64,000 nt of DNA from Cyanophora paradoxa CCMP329 (taxonomy: Eukaryota; Plantae; Glaucophyta), in NCBI GenBank assembly GCA_004431415.1, contig QPMI01000580.1, positions 1 through 64,000 of the forward strand, written 5' to 3'. The notes below the pieces were generated by a model. The model worked only from the letters and a program-made list of their open reading frames with translations, had not been told where the DNA came from and did not search any database. The translations under genes were made by a program, and so were the position numbers. Position 1 is the stretch's first letter, and the number at the start of each line of letters is the position of its first letter. This document shows, piece by piece, positions 1-11,391 of this stretch.

Positions 1-2295
1 GGCGCCTGCGGTAGCTGGAGCGGCGACCGAGGACCCTGAAGGCCTCGATGGGGCCTCCTGCCCCTGCGCCCCCGCCCCCTCAGCGCCGCCCGGGCCCGGG
101 GCGGAGGGCCGGCGGGCGGGCGCCGCGCCTTGACGAGGAGCGGGGGCAGGGGGCGCCCTGGAAGGCCCCGCGGCGGCCTCGAAGGTGGGCGGTCGGCCCA
201 GACCTCCCCGCCGCCGCCGCCATCAGCCGCGCCGCCCGGTTCACCGCGTCCCCCAGCACTGCCCGGCCCCGCCCCGCCCCTCAGCCTTCCCGCGGGCGCG
301 CCGGCAGGGCGGCCGGGGCCGCACCGTTGTACTCGCAGCGCGACTCGTCGCCGACGAGGCCGCAGAAGGCGCTGCGGGGGCACGCGGAGGGCGCGTCGCG
401 TCGGGCGGCGCCGCAGGCCCGGGGGCCGCAGGCGGGCGCGGGGGCACCGGCCCGTGCAGAGGCCGACGCTGACGCGCCCCAGCGCCTCGGCGGCGAACGC
501 CTCCCGGATGCGCACCTGCGCGGCGGGGTCGGGGCCGAGGCGGGTCTCGGGACGGGGCGAGCTCGAGGGCGGGCGGGGCGGACGGCAGCGGCGCAGGCGC
601 GGAGGGGGTCGTCGGCGTGGGCGGCGCCGGCTGTCCCGAACGTCACCAGCGCCACGAAGCCCTGCACGGGGCGTCGGACGAGGGCCGGGGCCGGGGGCGC
701 CGGGCGGGCGGGGCGGGCCTTGTCGTCGCGGAAGAAGGCGCGGACGACGCCCTCGGCGCGCTGCGCCGCCGCCTGCACCACCCGCACGCACCGGTTCACC
801 ACGAAGAGCCCGCCCTGCGCGCCGCCCTCGGAGGCGTCGGGGCACGCGGCGAGGCGCGGCGGCGGGCGGGGCGGACGGGGTGGTCGGGGGAGGCGGCCTC
901 GGGGGCCCCCGCCGGCTCCAGGAGCGCGAAGAGGGACGTCACGACGCGCAGCTCCGGCAGGAAGCGGCCCCTGCCGCCCCAGGCCCCGCCTCAGCGCTCC
1001 GGCCGGCCGCAGGACCGGGGGGTGGGGGGTGCGCTCGGGGGGCACCGGTTGGAGAGGATGCGGAGGGCGTCGCGCGGCAGGTACGCCGGCAGCCGCTCGT
1101 CCCCCAGCAGGATCTGCGCCCGCTGCTTCCGACGGGAGGCAGAGGGGCCGGACGGGGGGCGCCGGCACCTCGCGGAAGGACTGGGCGAGGCCGGCGCGCG
1201 GGGGGCGGGGTACGATGTCCGGGGCGCCCGGGACCCACTGCCCCGCGCACGCCGCCTCCAGCGCCTCCGACGCCCCCTCGAAGACCGCGTAGCCCCCCGG
1301 GCGCAGGGCCCCGGGCGGCACGCGGCACCCGACCGCCTCCAGCACCTGCGCGGGGCCGTGGGCGGGGCGCTCGGGGGCACGGCGGCGGGGCCGGGCCTCC
1401 GGGGCGGCGCAGAGGGCGCCGGTGGGGGCGAGGGCGATGGCGGAGGCCATCCGCGCGAGCGGCTCCCCGTGCAGGCTGCCGGCTCTCAGCGGGCGCGGGG
1501 GCCTGCGAGGGCCCGCGATCGCGATCGCGATGGCGCACCTGACGTCGATGGGCCCCTCGCCGCTCCCGAGGGAGAGGGCGACCAGCGCCCCCGCCGCCAG
1601 CGCGCAGTGCACCCTGCCCGCCCCCTCAGCCGCCGGCCGCGCGGGGGCCCCCGGGGCGACGCCGTACTTGAGTGGCTCCCCCGGGACGCCCTGCGGCACG
1701 GGGTACGGGGCGAGGGCGTCGCGGGCGATGCGGAAGGCCCGCAGGCAGGCCGCCGGCTCCCCGCCCTCGCTTTCCACAGCCGGGACCAGGATGAGGACCT
1801 GCCGCGGCGTGAGGGGCAGGCCATGGGCCATGGGCTTGAAATTGGCGTGGGGCCGGGCGCATGCATATGCGCGCGCACCGCGTCACCCAAGAATCGAATG
1901 GCATCTGGGGGAAGTGGGCGCCTCGGGTCAGGGGGCGGGGTCGGTCTGAGGGCCGCCAGCGCGCAGGCCGGCGCGAGGCTAGCGCTGTGCGCGTGTACAT
2001 GTACGTATGCGAGGCCGCGGCCAAACGCGTACGTACCTCCGCCCCAAGCGCGGGCGGCGCCGAGGATGGCGCGTAGGGGCGCGTTGAGCTTGGCGCTGAG
2101 CACCTCGGCGCCGCGGGCGCCGCCCTCCGCGAGAAGCTGCTGCGCGGCGCGCACGGAGCCGGCCACGTCGGCGAGCAGCACCGCGCCGCGGAGGTGCCGC
2201 GCGATGGGGACGCCGGCCCCGCGCGCCGCCTCCTCCAGAACCAGCGAAGAGACGAAGGCCTCCCGCGGCGCGTCCCAGGCCGCCCCCGCCGCCAT
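1..2295 (-). CDS. Class III adenylyl cyclase, soluble AC (ADCY10)-like, two cyclase domains; multi-exon, 3' end runs off the window
   Basis: Spliced translation gives AVLLADVAGS..GAEVLSAKLN..GGDAIRFLGDA (C1, both metal-binding Asp) and LPELRVVTSLF..RDDKGFVALVTFG..AHADDPLRA..AFCGLVGDESRCEYNVLGDAVNRAARLM (C2). There are apparent 1-nt indels in the last 240 bp. Confidence 0.85.
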
Positions 2296-2925
2296 CACCG
2301 CCCCCGCCGGCGCCCGCGCGCGCGTCCCGCTGCAGCAGCTGCTGAAAAGCAGCCGCCGCCGCAGCTGTCTCAGTGATTGGATGGGACGAACTTCGGAAAC
2401 TCGGGAAAAGCGACCGGCGCGGCCGTGGCCAGCGCTAGCTAACTTAGTAAGGCTGTGCCGGGCCACTGCCGGCGCCTCTGCGCATGCTGGCGGGAGTGAT
2501 GCGCCCGCGCCGGATCGGCATGCAACAGGAGCTCAACATTAACAAGCTCGGTGGCAATGTGTCGCTTGCGCTGCAGTTGCGCATGCGCTGCGCTACTGCA
2601 GCGCTAGCGCTAGCGCGCTGCAGCGCGCAGCGCGCTGCTTCCGAAGTTCGAATTCTCGAGCTCGCCGGCGCCCAGCGGCCCAGGCCCCGCCGGGGTAGCG
2701 AATCTCATGCGCCGGCTAGCTTGCGCAATCCGAGTCCCCCGGGACTCCCCCCCCCCTCCATCCCCCGGGCCCCAGCCCCAAATTCGAATCACGGGACGGC
2801 TTCAGAATCGTTTTGGTCATTGGATAGGCGTTACATGCCTCATTGGTCCATTTTGGTGACGGAACGCGTGACGTACACTTGAACGGTACCTATGAGTCAC
2901 CTGATAAAAACAAAGTCGGCGATTC

Positions 2926-3052
2926 AAAAGGCGTGGAGTCGTGGACTCGGCGGGCGTCGAACCCGCGTTCTGGAGATCGATCGGTGCACCCGCGGCAGAT
3001 AGCACCGGGCCGCGGGCCGGCACTGCGGCACTTCGCGGCAGCTAACACCACC
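2926..3052 (-). ncRNA. Candidate Pol III type-2 small RNA (vault-RNA-like or tRNA-derived)
   Basis: The minus strand reads GGTGGTGTTAGCTGCCGCG...GCGGGTTCGACGCCCGC CGAGTCCACGACTCCACGCC TTTT. It has an A-box-like TAGCT, a consensus B-box (GGTTCGANNCC) inside a perfect 5-bp T-arm, pairing between the 5' and 3' ends, and a T4 terminator. There is no cloverleaf. Confidence 0.45.
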
Positions 3053-3204
3053 TAGCAGCCTTGCGTCTTCGTCGGCACGGCGTTCAGGCCGCGAGTCGGT
3101 CGGCGGTCACCTGACGAGGTGCCGGGTGCTTCGCGCGCGCGCCTGCGATCCAGCGGCGGCGGTAGAGAAGCGCTTGAAACGGCGAGAACCAAGGGCGCCC
3201 GCCG

Positions 3205-5825
3205 ATGACCGCACCGACCGTGGAGCGCTGGAGGGCGCGGCCCGGCGAGGCCCTGCAGTCCCTGACCTTCCGCGGCCACGAGGACGATGTCGTCGCCGTC
3301 GACGTCTCCCCCGTGCGCCCCGCGAGCCCGCGAGCCCCGCGCCCCGCCGCCCGCCGACGGCTGTGCCGCGCTTCCGGCCGGCCCCGGCGCGGCGGCAGGA
3401 CGGGCGCTGGGTCGTCTCGGGCTCGACGGACGGGTCGCTGCGGCTCTGGTCGGTGGACGAGGTGCGCGAGGAGAAGCGCTGGGTGGGGGCCCACGGCGTG
3501 AAGCCCGTCTACGCCGCCCGCTTCTCCCCGGACGGCGCCCTCATCGCCTCGGGCGGGGGCGACGGCGTCGCGCGCCTCTGGGACGCCGCCACGCGCGCCG
3601 AGCTCGCCAGCTTCCCGAGCGCCACGGGCAGCGCCGTCTTCGCCGTCGACGTGGCGCACGCCGAGGGCGCCCGCCCCGCCGCCCTCGCCCTCGGGACGAG
3701 GCGGGGCGCGTCGCACTCTGCCCCTCGGCGGCGACCGCAGGCTCGTCGGCGACAAGGCCTCCGGCGCCGTCCACGCCGTCGCCCTCCGCCGCGTCCGCCC
3801 GCCCCGCCCGCCCCGCTGTGGCGCGCCCACGCGGGGCGCGGCGGGGCAGGCGGGGGACGGGGCGCTGGAGGTGCTGGCGGGGACGGAGGGCGGCTGGGCC
3901 GCCTGTGGGGCAGCGCCTGGCCCAGGGCGAGGCGCGCCTCCTCTCCCACCGCCCCTGCGTCAGCTCCGTCGCCTTCGCCGCCGTGCCCGCCCCGCCCGCC
4001 CCGCCCGCCCCGCCCCGCGCTCCGCCGCCGCCCACGCCGCCCGCCCGCCGCCCCGCGCGCAGGACGGTACGTGCTTCACGGCGGGTACGACGGGCGGGTG
4101 CTGCGGTGGGAGCGGGCGCCGGGCGGGGCGCCGGGGGGCGCCCTGCCACCGCCCGTGCCCTTCCAGGCCTCCCAGGGCGAGCTCAACGGCCTCGCCGTCT
4201 CCCAGGCGCCCCCGCAGCCCCGTCCATCCAGCCCGCCCCGCCCTGGCCTGACGGCGGGCGGGCGGGGGGGCTCCGGGCAGGACGGGAGCCTGCTGGCGAC
4301 GGCGGGGGACGACCGGCGGGTGCGGGTGTGGGAGCGGGGCGGGCGGCCCGTGCGGGAGCTGCCCCGCCACCCCGACCTCGTCTACGCCGTCGCCCTCTCC
4401 CGCGTCCGCCCCCCCTCCTCTCTTCCCTTCGGAGGTGGCCGCTCAGCGGGGCCCCGGCGGCGGCAGGGCGGCGCGGTGCTGGCGACGGCGTGCAAGGACC
4501 GCGTCGTGCGGGCCTGGCTCCTCCGGCCCCCCGCGCCCCAGCCGGGACCCGCCCCGGCCCCCTCCTTCTCCTTCGGCCTCGCCGCCCGCCAGGCCGCCCC
4601 TCCGCCCCGGCCGCCGGCTCCAGCTCCTCCCGGCCGCCGCCCGCGCCGCCCCGCCGGCGCCCCCGGCCGGGAGGCCGCGCCGCCCGAGCGCGAGCACCGC
4701 CGCCCGAGCGCCAGGTGCGCGCGCCTTCCGGTCGCCCGGAGCCCGCGCGGGGAGCTGACCCCTCTCCCCGCGGCGCGGCAGGGCGGGCGGTTCCTGGGGC
4801 CGCCCTCCCCGGGCCGGGGCGACGGGCGCGAGCCGCCGCCGCTGGGATTGCTGGAGCTCGAGCTCGGCCCCCCGCGCTCCCCCTCGCCCATGTCTCCCTC
4901 GTACAGCCCGACCTCCCCCGGGTACATCCCGCGCTCCCCGTCCTACGCCCCGGAACCGGACTCCCCCGTGTACGCCCCGGCGTCCCCCCCGCACCTCCCG
5001 GGAAGCTTCTCCCCCGTCCCCGAGTCCCTGCGCCGCAAGCGCAAGCGGGCGCCCCCGGCGGCTCCGGAGGCGGACCCCGACGCCGGGGCGAGCTCCTCCG
5101 CGCACCCGCCCCAGGTGCCCCCTCGCACGCACCCGTTCCTCGGCGCCGCTTCCGCTGAGGCGCGCGCAGGGCGCGCCGGCGGCCGGCGGCGAGGGGCGGG
5201 AAGCTCGAGCTCGCGCGCGGCGCGGCGGGCCGGGCGGCCGCGCGGCTGCGGGCGGCCGCGCGGGAGCTGGAGGCGGCGGCGGGGAGGCCGAGGAGGAGGC
5301 GGGGCGGCGCGGGGCCGGGCGGAACGCGCCGAGGCCGAGGCGGCGGCGCTGCGGGCCGAGCTCGAGGCCGCGCGCGGCGAGGCGCAGCGGCTGCGGGCGG
5401 AGCTGGAGGCGGCGCGTGCGGAGCTGGCCGGCTCGATCGGCGTCGGGGAGGAGCGGCTGCGGGCGCTCTCGGCGGGGAGCTGGGGCGCTGGAGGAGCGGC
5501 TGGACGGGGCGCGGCGGCGGGCGAGCGCGCTGCGGTACGAGGCCGGGGTGCGGGAGGCGGCGGCGGCGGCGGCCGAGGTCGCCACGACCTGCGTCGTCTG
5601 CCTCGCCCGGCCCCGCGAGGTCAAGGTCCGCCCCGGGGCCATCCCGGGCCCCAGGGGCGCGCACCGGGGCCCGACGCCGGCGGGGGCGGCGGGGCGCGCG
5701 CGCAGGTGCAGCCGTGCGACCACGCGAGCATGTGCGAGGAGTGCTGCGAGCGCGTCTGGAGCGGGGACCGGCGCTGCCCCCTCTGCCGCGGCGAGATCAC
5801 CATGCGCTCCCGCATCCGCCTCTAG
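3205..5825 (+). CDS. WD40-repeat protein with a CTD-like SP tract, NLS, coiled coil and C-terminal C3HC4 RING (putative E3 ligase); multi-exon
   Basis: WD40 motifs: GHEDDVVAVDVSP|DGRWVVSGSTDGSLRLW, FSPDGALIASGGGDGVARLWD, DGSLLATAGDDRRVRVWE. RING: CVVCLARPREVK|VQPCDHASMCEECCERVWSGDRRCPLCR. Confidence 0.85.
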
Positions 5826-6388
5826 ATCTGACGCCGGCGGCGCCCTTGCAATTGTACATGTGCGACGCGTTCGGCGGCCAAAACCCGCGCGCGACTCCCC
5901 GAATGCGTGTGCCAGAGCTACTAAGCTATATTTACGTTCGTGTATATTTATTAGCAATGCAGCTGGACCAAGCAGCTGCAGGCTGCCGAGCACGATGATG
6001 GCGCGCGCGCGCGGGCCCGGGCAACGCGCGCCGGCTCTGCGGGAACCGTTTTGAACTGTGAAGCGCTTAAGCTTAGCTCTGTTAACGATGCATATGGAGT
6101 ATGCGCAGCCGGATCAATTGCAACTTTTGGCAAGCAGGCTGAGGTTCGATGATCATAAGAATTCGAAGGACTCCGAACCGACGAGACAGACATGCATATG
6201 CACATGCATCGGCGAATTTCAACCGATCCGTGCTGCTGTACCCGTCCTGGCTTGACTTCTTTGCGAATCTCCAGCAGTTACGTCCAGCAGGTCGCCAGCG
6301 CGTCTGATATCGCGTTCGAAGGCCGCCAGCCGCCCCGTACGCCCCGCCAGCCAGAAGGCCAGACGCAGCGAAGCTCCCCTCCCCGACA

Positions 6389-7664
6389 ATGGACGCGACG
6401 GGCGTAAAGGGTTTCCTGCACTCGAAGTTCGGCGTGGCATTCCACGTCGTCTCGGGTCCGCCCCGCCGCTCCGTGCACGCGTTCCGCGCGGCACGGTCCT
6501 GACGCCCGGACGCCCCCGCCGGCAGCATTCGGCACGCTCTTCATCGTTTTGGCATGCTTCTCGTGCGACCCGACGGCCGTCGTACGCGTCCCCCCGCGCG
6601 GCTGAGCTCCGCCCCGCGCAGTCAGTTCGGGCCGAGCGTCTTCACGGCGCACCCGGTCAGCATGACGGTCGCGGTCACGCTGCTGCTGGCGGAGGGCGTG
6701 GTGGTGTACCGCGCGCGCCCGGACACCGAAAAGTCGGCCCTGCGCGTCCGCCACCGCAACCTCCAGGGCCCGCCCCGCCCTCGCGCCCCGCGCCCCGCGC
6801 CCCGCCGCCGGCCGAGCGTCCCGCGCAGGCGGCGCCGTCGTTTTCCTCTGCATTGGCCTGATCGCCATTCTGTCCGCCAAGGTGGGACCCGCCCCGCTCT
6901 GCCCGCCCGCCTGCCCCGCGGTGCCCCGGCGAGCCCCCCGCAGAAGTCGGTCGGGGAGAGCCTCGTGCCCCACGGAGTCCACGAGGCGCCCGCCCCTCGC
7001 CGCCTCGCCCCGCGCCGCTTCTTTCGCGCCTCACCGCCGGGCCCGCCGGTCGCGCAGATCGGGGGCGTCTTCACCCTCACCCTCCTCTTCCTCCAGGCAC
7101 CCCGGCGACCCGCCCCGCCCCGCCCCTTCCCCTTCGACTCGCTGAGCCGGCCCCGGTCGCGACCCAGGCGGCCGGGGGCGCCTTCAAGTACATGCGCCTG
7201 ACCGCCGACGGCACCTACACCCTCCGCTGGCACGGTCCGCCCCCGGCGCCCCGCCCCGCCCCGCGCGGCCCGCGGCCCCCGGCGCGAGCGGGCGGGTACG
7301 TGTGTGCGCAGGCAAGGCGGGCCTGGGGGTCTTCCTGGTGGCCTGCGTGACCGTCTGCGCCGGCATCTGGGACGCCTTCGAGGGCGCCGGGTCCGCCCCA
7401 GCCCCCGGCCCGCGCCCCGAGGGCCGCCCCGGGACGGGGGCCGACGCGGGCGCAGGAACCTCACGCGGCTCGTCCTCTGCCTCCTCGTCTGGGCCGTCGC
7501 CGGGTGCGCACGCCGACCCCGCCCCGCCCGCCCGCCGCCGAGGCGGCGGGCGCAGGCTGGCGGCGTACGCGGTGCACGCGGTGCAGCGGCCCGACGCGGG
7601 GGCCGCGGCCGCGGAGGCCGCCGAGCGCGCCAGCGCCGTCGAGTACCAGTCCCTCGCCGGCTGA
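6389..7664 (+). CDS. Cytochrome b561 family protein; about 10 exons
   Basis: Spliced product has the four heme His in the expected contexts (FTAHPVSM..LLAEG, RVRHRNLQ, PHGVHEIGG, RWHGKAG) between hydrophobic helices. Confidence 0.8.
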
Positions 7665-7763
7665 CCCCGCCCCCGCCCCACCCCGCGCCTCGGTACGAGG
7701 CCCTGTAACCGAAGCTGCAGCATCGTAAACATAGATACACGTGCATCCGCCACATCCCTGGGC

Positions 7764-8846
7764 CTACACGCCGCCCGCGTTGTCGCCCTTGATCTCCTCG
7801 TACCCGTCGCCCTTGGAGTAGAGCAGGTAGTGCTGCGGGGGCCGCGGCGGGGCGGCGTCGGGGGCCGGGGGCGAGGGGCGGGGCGGGGCGGGGGCGCCTG
7901 GACGATGAAGAGGGCGTCGAAGCCCATGGACTCGAAGGAGAGGAGGAGCTTGATGGGGTTGGAGAAGACGAGGCCCCAGCCGCCGGCCGCCTGCGAGAGG
8001 AGCACCAGCTGCAGCATGGAGAGCAGGCCGCCCGTGAAGTCCAGCAGGATGTTGTGGATGCTCCACCCCCGCGTCGACTTCCGCCTGCGCACACGCTTGA
8101 GGGGGGGGGGGATTGAGAGGGGGGGAAAAGGGGTGCACTTGTAGTTGAGCCATGCCTGCGGGGCGTACTTCACGAAGGAGATGCAGAGCTTGGTGTTGCC
8201 GAGGATCAGGGCGAAGGTCATCCAGCCGAGGGCCCGCCCGGCCACGAGGGCGGCCCCGAGAATGCCGGCCGACCAGACGAGCGCAACGGCCGCCTGCACG
8301 GGCCGCGCCACGCGCGCCCCGCCCCGCTCGTACACCACCGCTTGGAAGCAGTTCACCGCCGTCAGCGCGACCTGCGGGCGCCCGGCGCCGGTCGGCACGT
8401 GGGGGCCGGGGCGATCAGGAGGGGGGCGGCGGGGGGCTACCGCGTGGACGCCGAAGAAGATGTCCTGGATGGCGACAGAGCCGTCGGGCTTGAGCCAGTA
8501 GTGCAGCTGGCGCCCGCAGATTCGGCGCAGATTCGGTGGCAGCTGGATCGACATCGCGCGGCGCGCGCGGGGCGCACCAGGGTGTAGATGGTGTAGCACG
8601 TGTGGCCCGTCAGGTTCAGCGCCAGGAAGTCCAGCTGCGCCCCGCATCAGAGTCCAGGGCGTGTGGCGCGCGGAAGGGGCGGCCGCGCGCGGCGGAGGCG
8701 GGGCGCACGCTGAGCCCGACCACGCTCTTCGTGCGGTAGCAGAGAATCACTTGGGGCCAGAAGCTAATCGACCAGGCGGCGAAGTAGGTCCAACCTAGGA
8801 TGTCGCTCAGGAGCTGCACGCCGCCGCTCACCGCCGGTGCCGCCAT
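7764..8846 (-). CDS. CTNS: Cystinosin (PQ-loop lysosomal cystine transporter); multi-exon
   Basis: LGWTYFAAWSISFWPQVIL..KSVVGLS|LDF; KYAPQAWLNY..KSTRGWSIHNILLDFTGGLLS; C-terminal GYEEI fits a GYxxPhi lysosomal sorting signal. Confidence 0.92.
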
Positions 8847-9316
8847 GTCCTGCATCGATATCGGCGTTGCAGACCCTTGCGTTGGCTCGGCCCGCTAAAC
8901 ACACGGATTGTTCTTGTCGACCTGCGCCGCGCCGCCGATCAGCGCTGTGGTCGCGGCCGCGGCGCGCCCACACCGGCGCTCGCGCGGCGAGTTGTTTGCA
9001 CGAGCACGCGCGCGGCGATCCACGCCGGACTACAGACTCACACGCCGGATCGACCGTGTCGAACGATGGATGCGACGATCCGGTAGCTCTCGTGTGGTGT
9101 GCGCAGCGTCCAGCGCAGATCGGAGAGCGTTCAACGGGTGGCGGACGGTCGCGGGGTGCTGCGCTCAAGTCCCTGGCCCGCTGAACCTTTTCTATGATAT
9201 CGCCGCTGAATCTTTTCTACGCTTCTCGCAAACGCGTCGCGCCGCGACTCGCGCGAAGTTGGGGGATACACAGACTTGCGCTCCGAAATACAGTACCCTC
9301 CACCTGTTGTCGAGCA

Positions 9317-10994
9317 ATGGCCGCCGCGTTCGCCCTCACGCCCCTCAGCGGCTTCCACACCGTCCGCGGTGCGCAGGCGCCATGTTGCGCGCGTGCGAGG
9401 CGCCCCAGCCGACCGCACGTGGCCCACCGCGCAGCCCCGGTCGATGTCCGGTCCAGCGCGTTCCGGGGCGAGGCGGTGCGCAGCCGGCACACGGCACAGA
9501 CACAGCTGTCGCGGCCGGCGCCGCGCTTCTTCTTCATCGACTGCAGGGTGCGTCTTGGCACACGTGCCGTGCTGGCCCCTCCTCTTCCGAACGCGTCCCC
9601 GCGCAGAAAGTGGCCGTCAACGGTGCCACAGGCTTCGTCGGGAAGGTGGGCGGCGCCCTGGGCTGCCGCAGCTAGGGCGGCGGCCGACGCGCGCGCAGCG
9701 GCTCGTGCGGCGGCTGCTGAAGAACGGGGACGAGGTGGTGGTGCTGACGCGCTCGCCGAGCCGCGCGGCGTCAATCTTCGGGTCGTCTGTGCGGGCGATC
9801 AACTTCGACGGGGCGAAGGACGTGCCGGACCTCTCGGGCGTCGACGTCGTCATCAACCTCGGGGGCGCCTCCATCGGTCCGCCCCGCCCGCCCCGCCCCC
9901 CGCCGCGAGGGGCGCGCCCGACCCCCGCGCAGCGGACGGCCGCTGGTCCGAGGCGCGCAAGAAGGAGATCCGGGTGCGCGCGGGGAGGGGCGCGCGGGTC
10001 CCGGGCGGGGCGCGGGCCGGGGCGGGGCGAGCGGGGGGCGGGGGCGCAGGAGAGCCGGGTGGTGGCGACGGGGCGCATCGTGGAGGGCATGGAGGGGTCC
10101 GAGAACGGGCCCCGCGTCCTCGTCAACTCTTCCGCCATCGGGTCCGAGCGGCCCCGGGAACCCGGTCCGCCCCGGACCGACGCCCGGCGGCAGGTACTAC
10201 GGCGCCTCGGAGACGGCGACCTTCACCGAGTCCAGCCCCGCCGGGAACGACTTCCTCGCCTCGGTGCGCACCGCAGGCGCCCGGGCCGGCGCGGAGGGGC
10301 GAGCGAGCGGGGCGGGGCGGGGCGGGGCGGCAGGTGTGCAAGGAGTGGGAGGCGGCGGCGAACGAGGCGGAGAAGTTCGGCGCCCGCGTGGCGACCGTCC
10401 GCACCGGCATCGTCCTCGGCCGCGAGGGCGGCGCCCTCGCCAAGGTCGCCCCCCCCCCCCCCCTCCCCCCCCGGATCGCATCGTACCCGCCCGCTTAGCT
10501 TGGGGCCACGCGCACAGATGATCCCGGCGTTCGCGCTGTTCGCCGGGGGCCCGCTGGGCTCGGGGCGGCAGTGGTTCTCGTGGATCCACGCCGAGGACCT
10601 CGTCTCCCTCCTCCTCCGCGCCGCCGACGACGGCTCCCTCCGGGTGCCCCTACCCCCCTCGCCCCCCGAGCGCGTACCCCCCTGACGGCGGGCAGGGCGC
10701 GCTGAACGGGACGGCGCCGGAGCCGGTGACGATGGGGGAGCTGTGCGGCACCCTCGGCCGCCTCATGGCCCGGTGCGCCCCTGCCCGCTCCCTCCCCCTC
10801 CCACGCCCCCTCTGACCGGGGCCAGGCCGTCGTGGCTGCCGGTGCCGGGGCCGGCGCTGGAGGTGCTGCTGGGGGAGGCGGCGCAGGTGGTGCTCCAGGG
10901 GCAGCGCGTCGTCCCCGAGGCCGCGCAGCGCGCCGGCTTCTCCTTCCAGTTCCCCTCCCTCGAGGCCGCCCTCAAGGACGTCCTCTCCTCCTGA
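9317..10994 (+). CDS. TIGR01777 epimerase family (SDR39U1/GC1/SulA-like) with plastid transit peptide; multi-exon
   Basis: [32 protein letters not shown]|[57 protein letters not shown]. The N-terminus is [15 protein letters not shown]. Confidence 0.9.
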
Positions 10995-11391
10995 GCTCGC
11001 CCGCCCTCCAGCCCCGGCTCCGGTTGCCTGCGAGCCTGCCGCTCGAGCTCGGCCGGCCCGTTTCCAGATTTTGTCCGCTGGATTCAACAACATACGCTAC
11101 TAGGCTATAGCTATAGCTACGGTTTTTAAAACTAGTGCTGCGTACACTCAACTACAACTACTGCATTCAAACACGGTTACACGGTTCTCAAAGTACAGAA
11201 CTTGCCCCAGGAAACAGCCATGAAACACCTGGTGAAACTACGATATAGATATCTGCCTCGCACGATATCTGCATGCCACGCACCACGCACACTACACACG
11301 CACACACGCACGACTGCTGCTGTACACTCGATGCCGGACCAGCGTGCGCCCGGCGCGGCATCGGAGGGGGAGAAGGAGGCGCGAGGGCGCG

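Noticed and set aside
2370-2880. ATTGG (CCAAT-box) and TGACGT motifs upstream of the cyclase gene
   Set aside because: They are plausible promoter elements but too short to support without TSS data.
2941-3340. tmRNA or canonical tRNA gene
   Set aside because: The 3' end resembles the tmRNA/tRNA T-arm and acceptor, but there is no matching 5' acceptor strand with a D-loop motif, no tag ORF and no anticodon arm. Possible partners at 3323-3337 lie in an intron of the WD40 gene and are likely chance.
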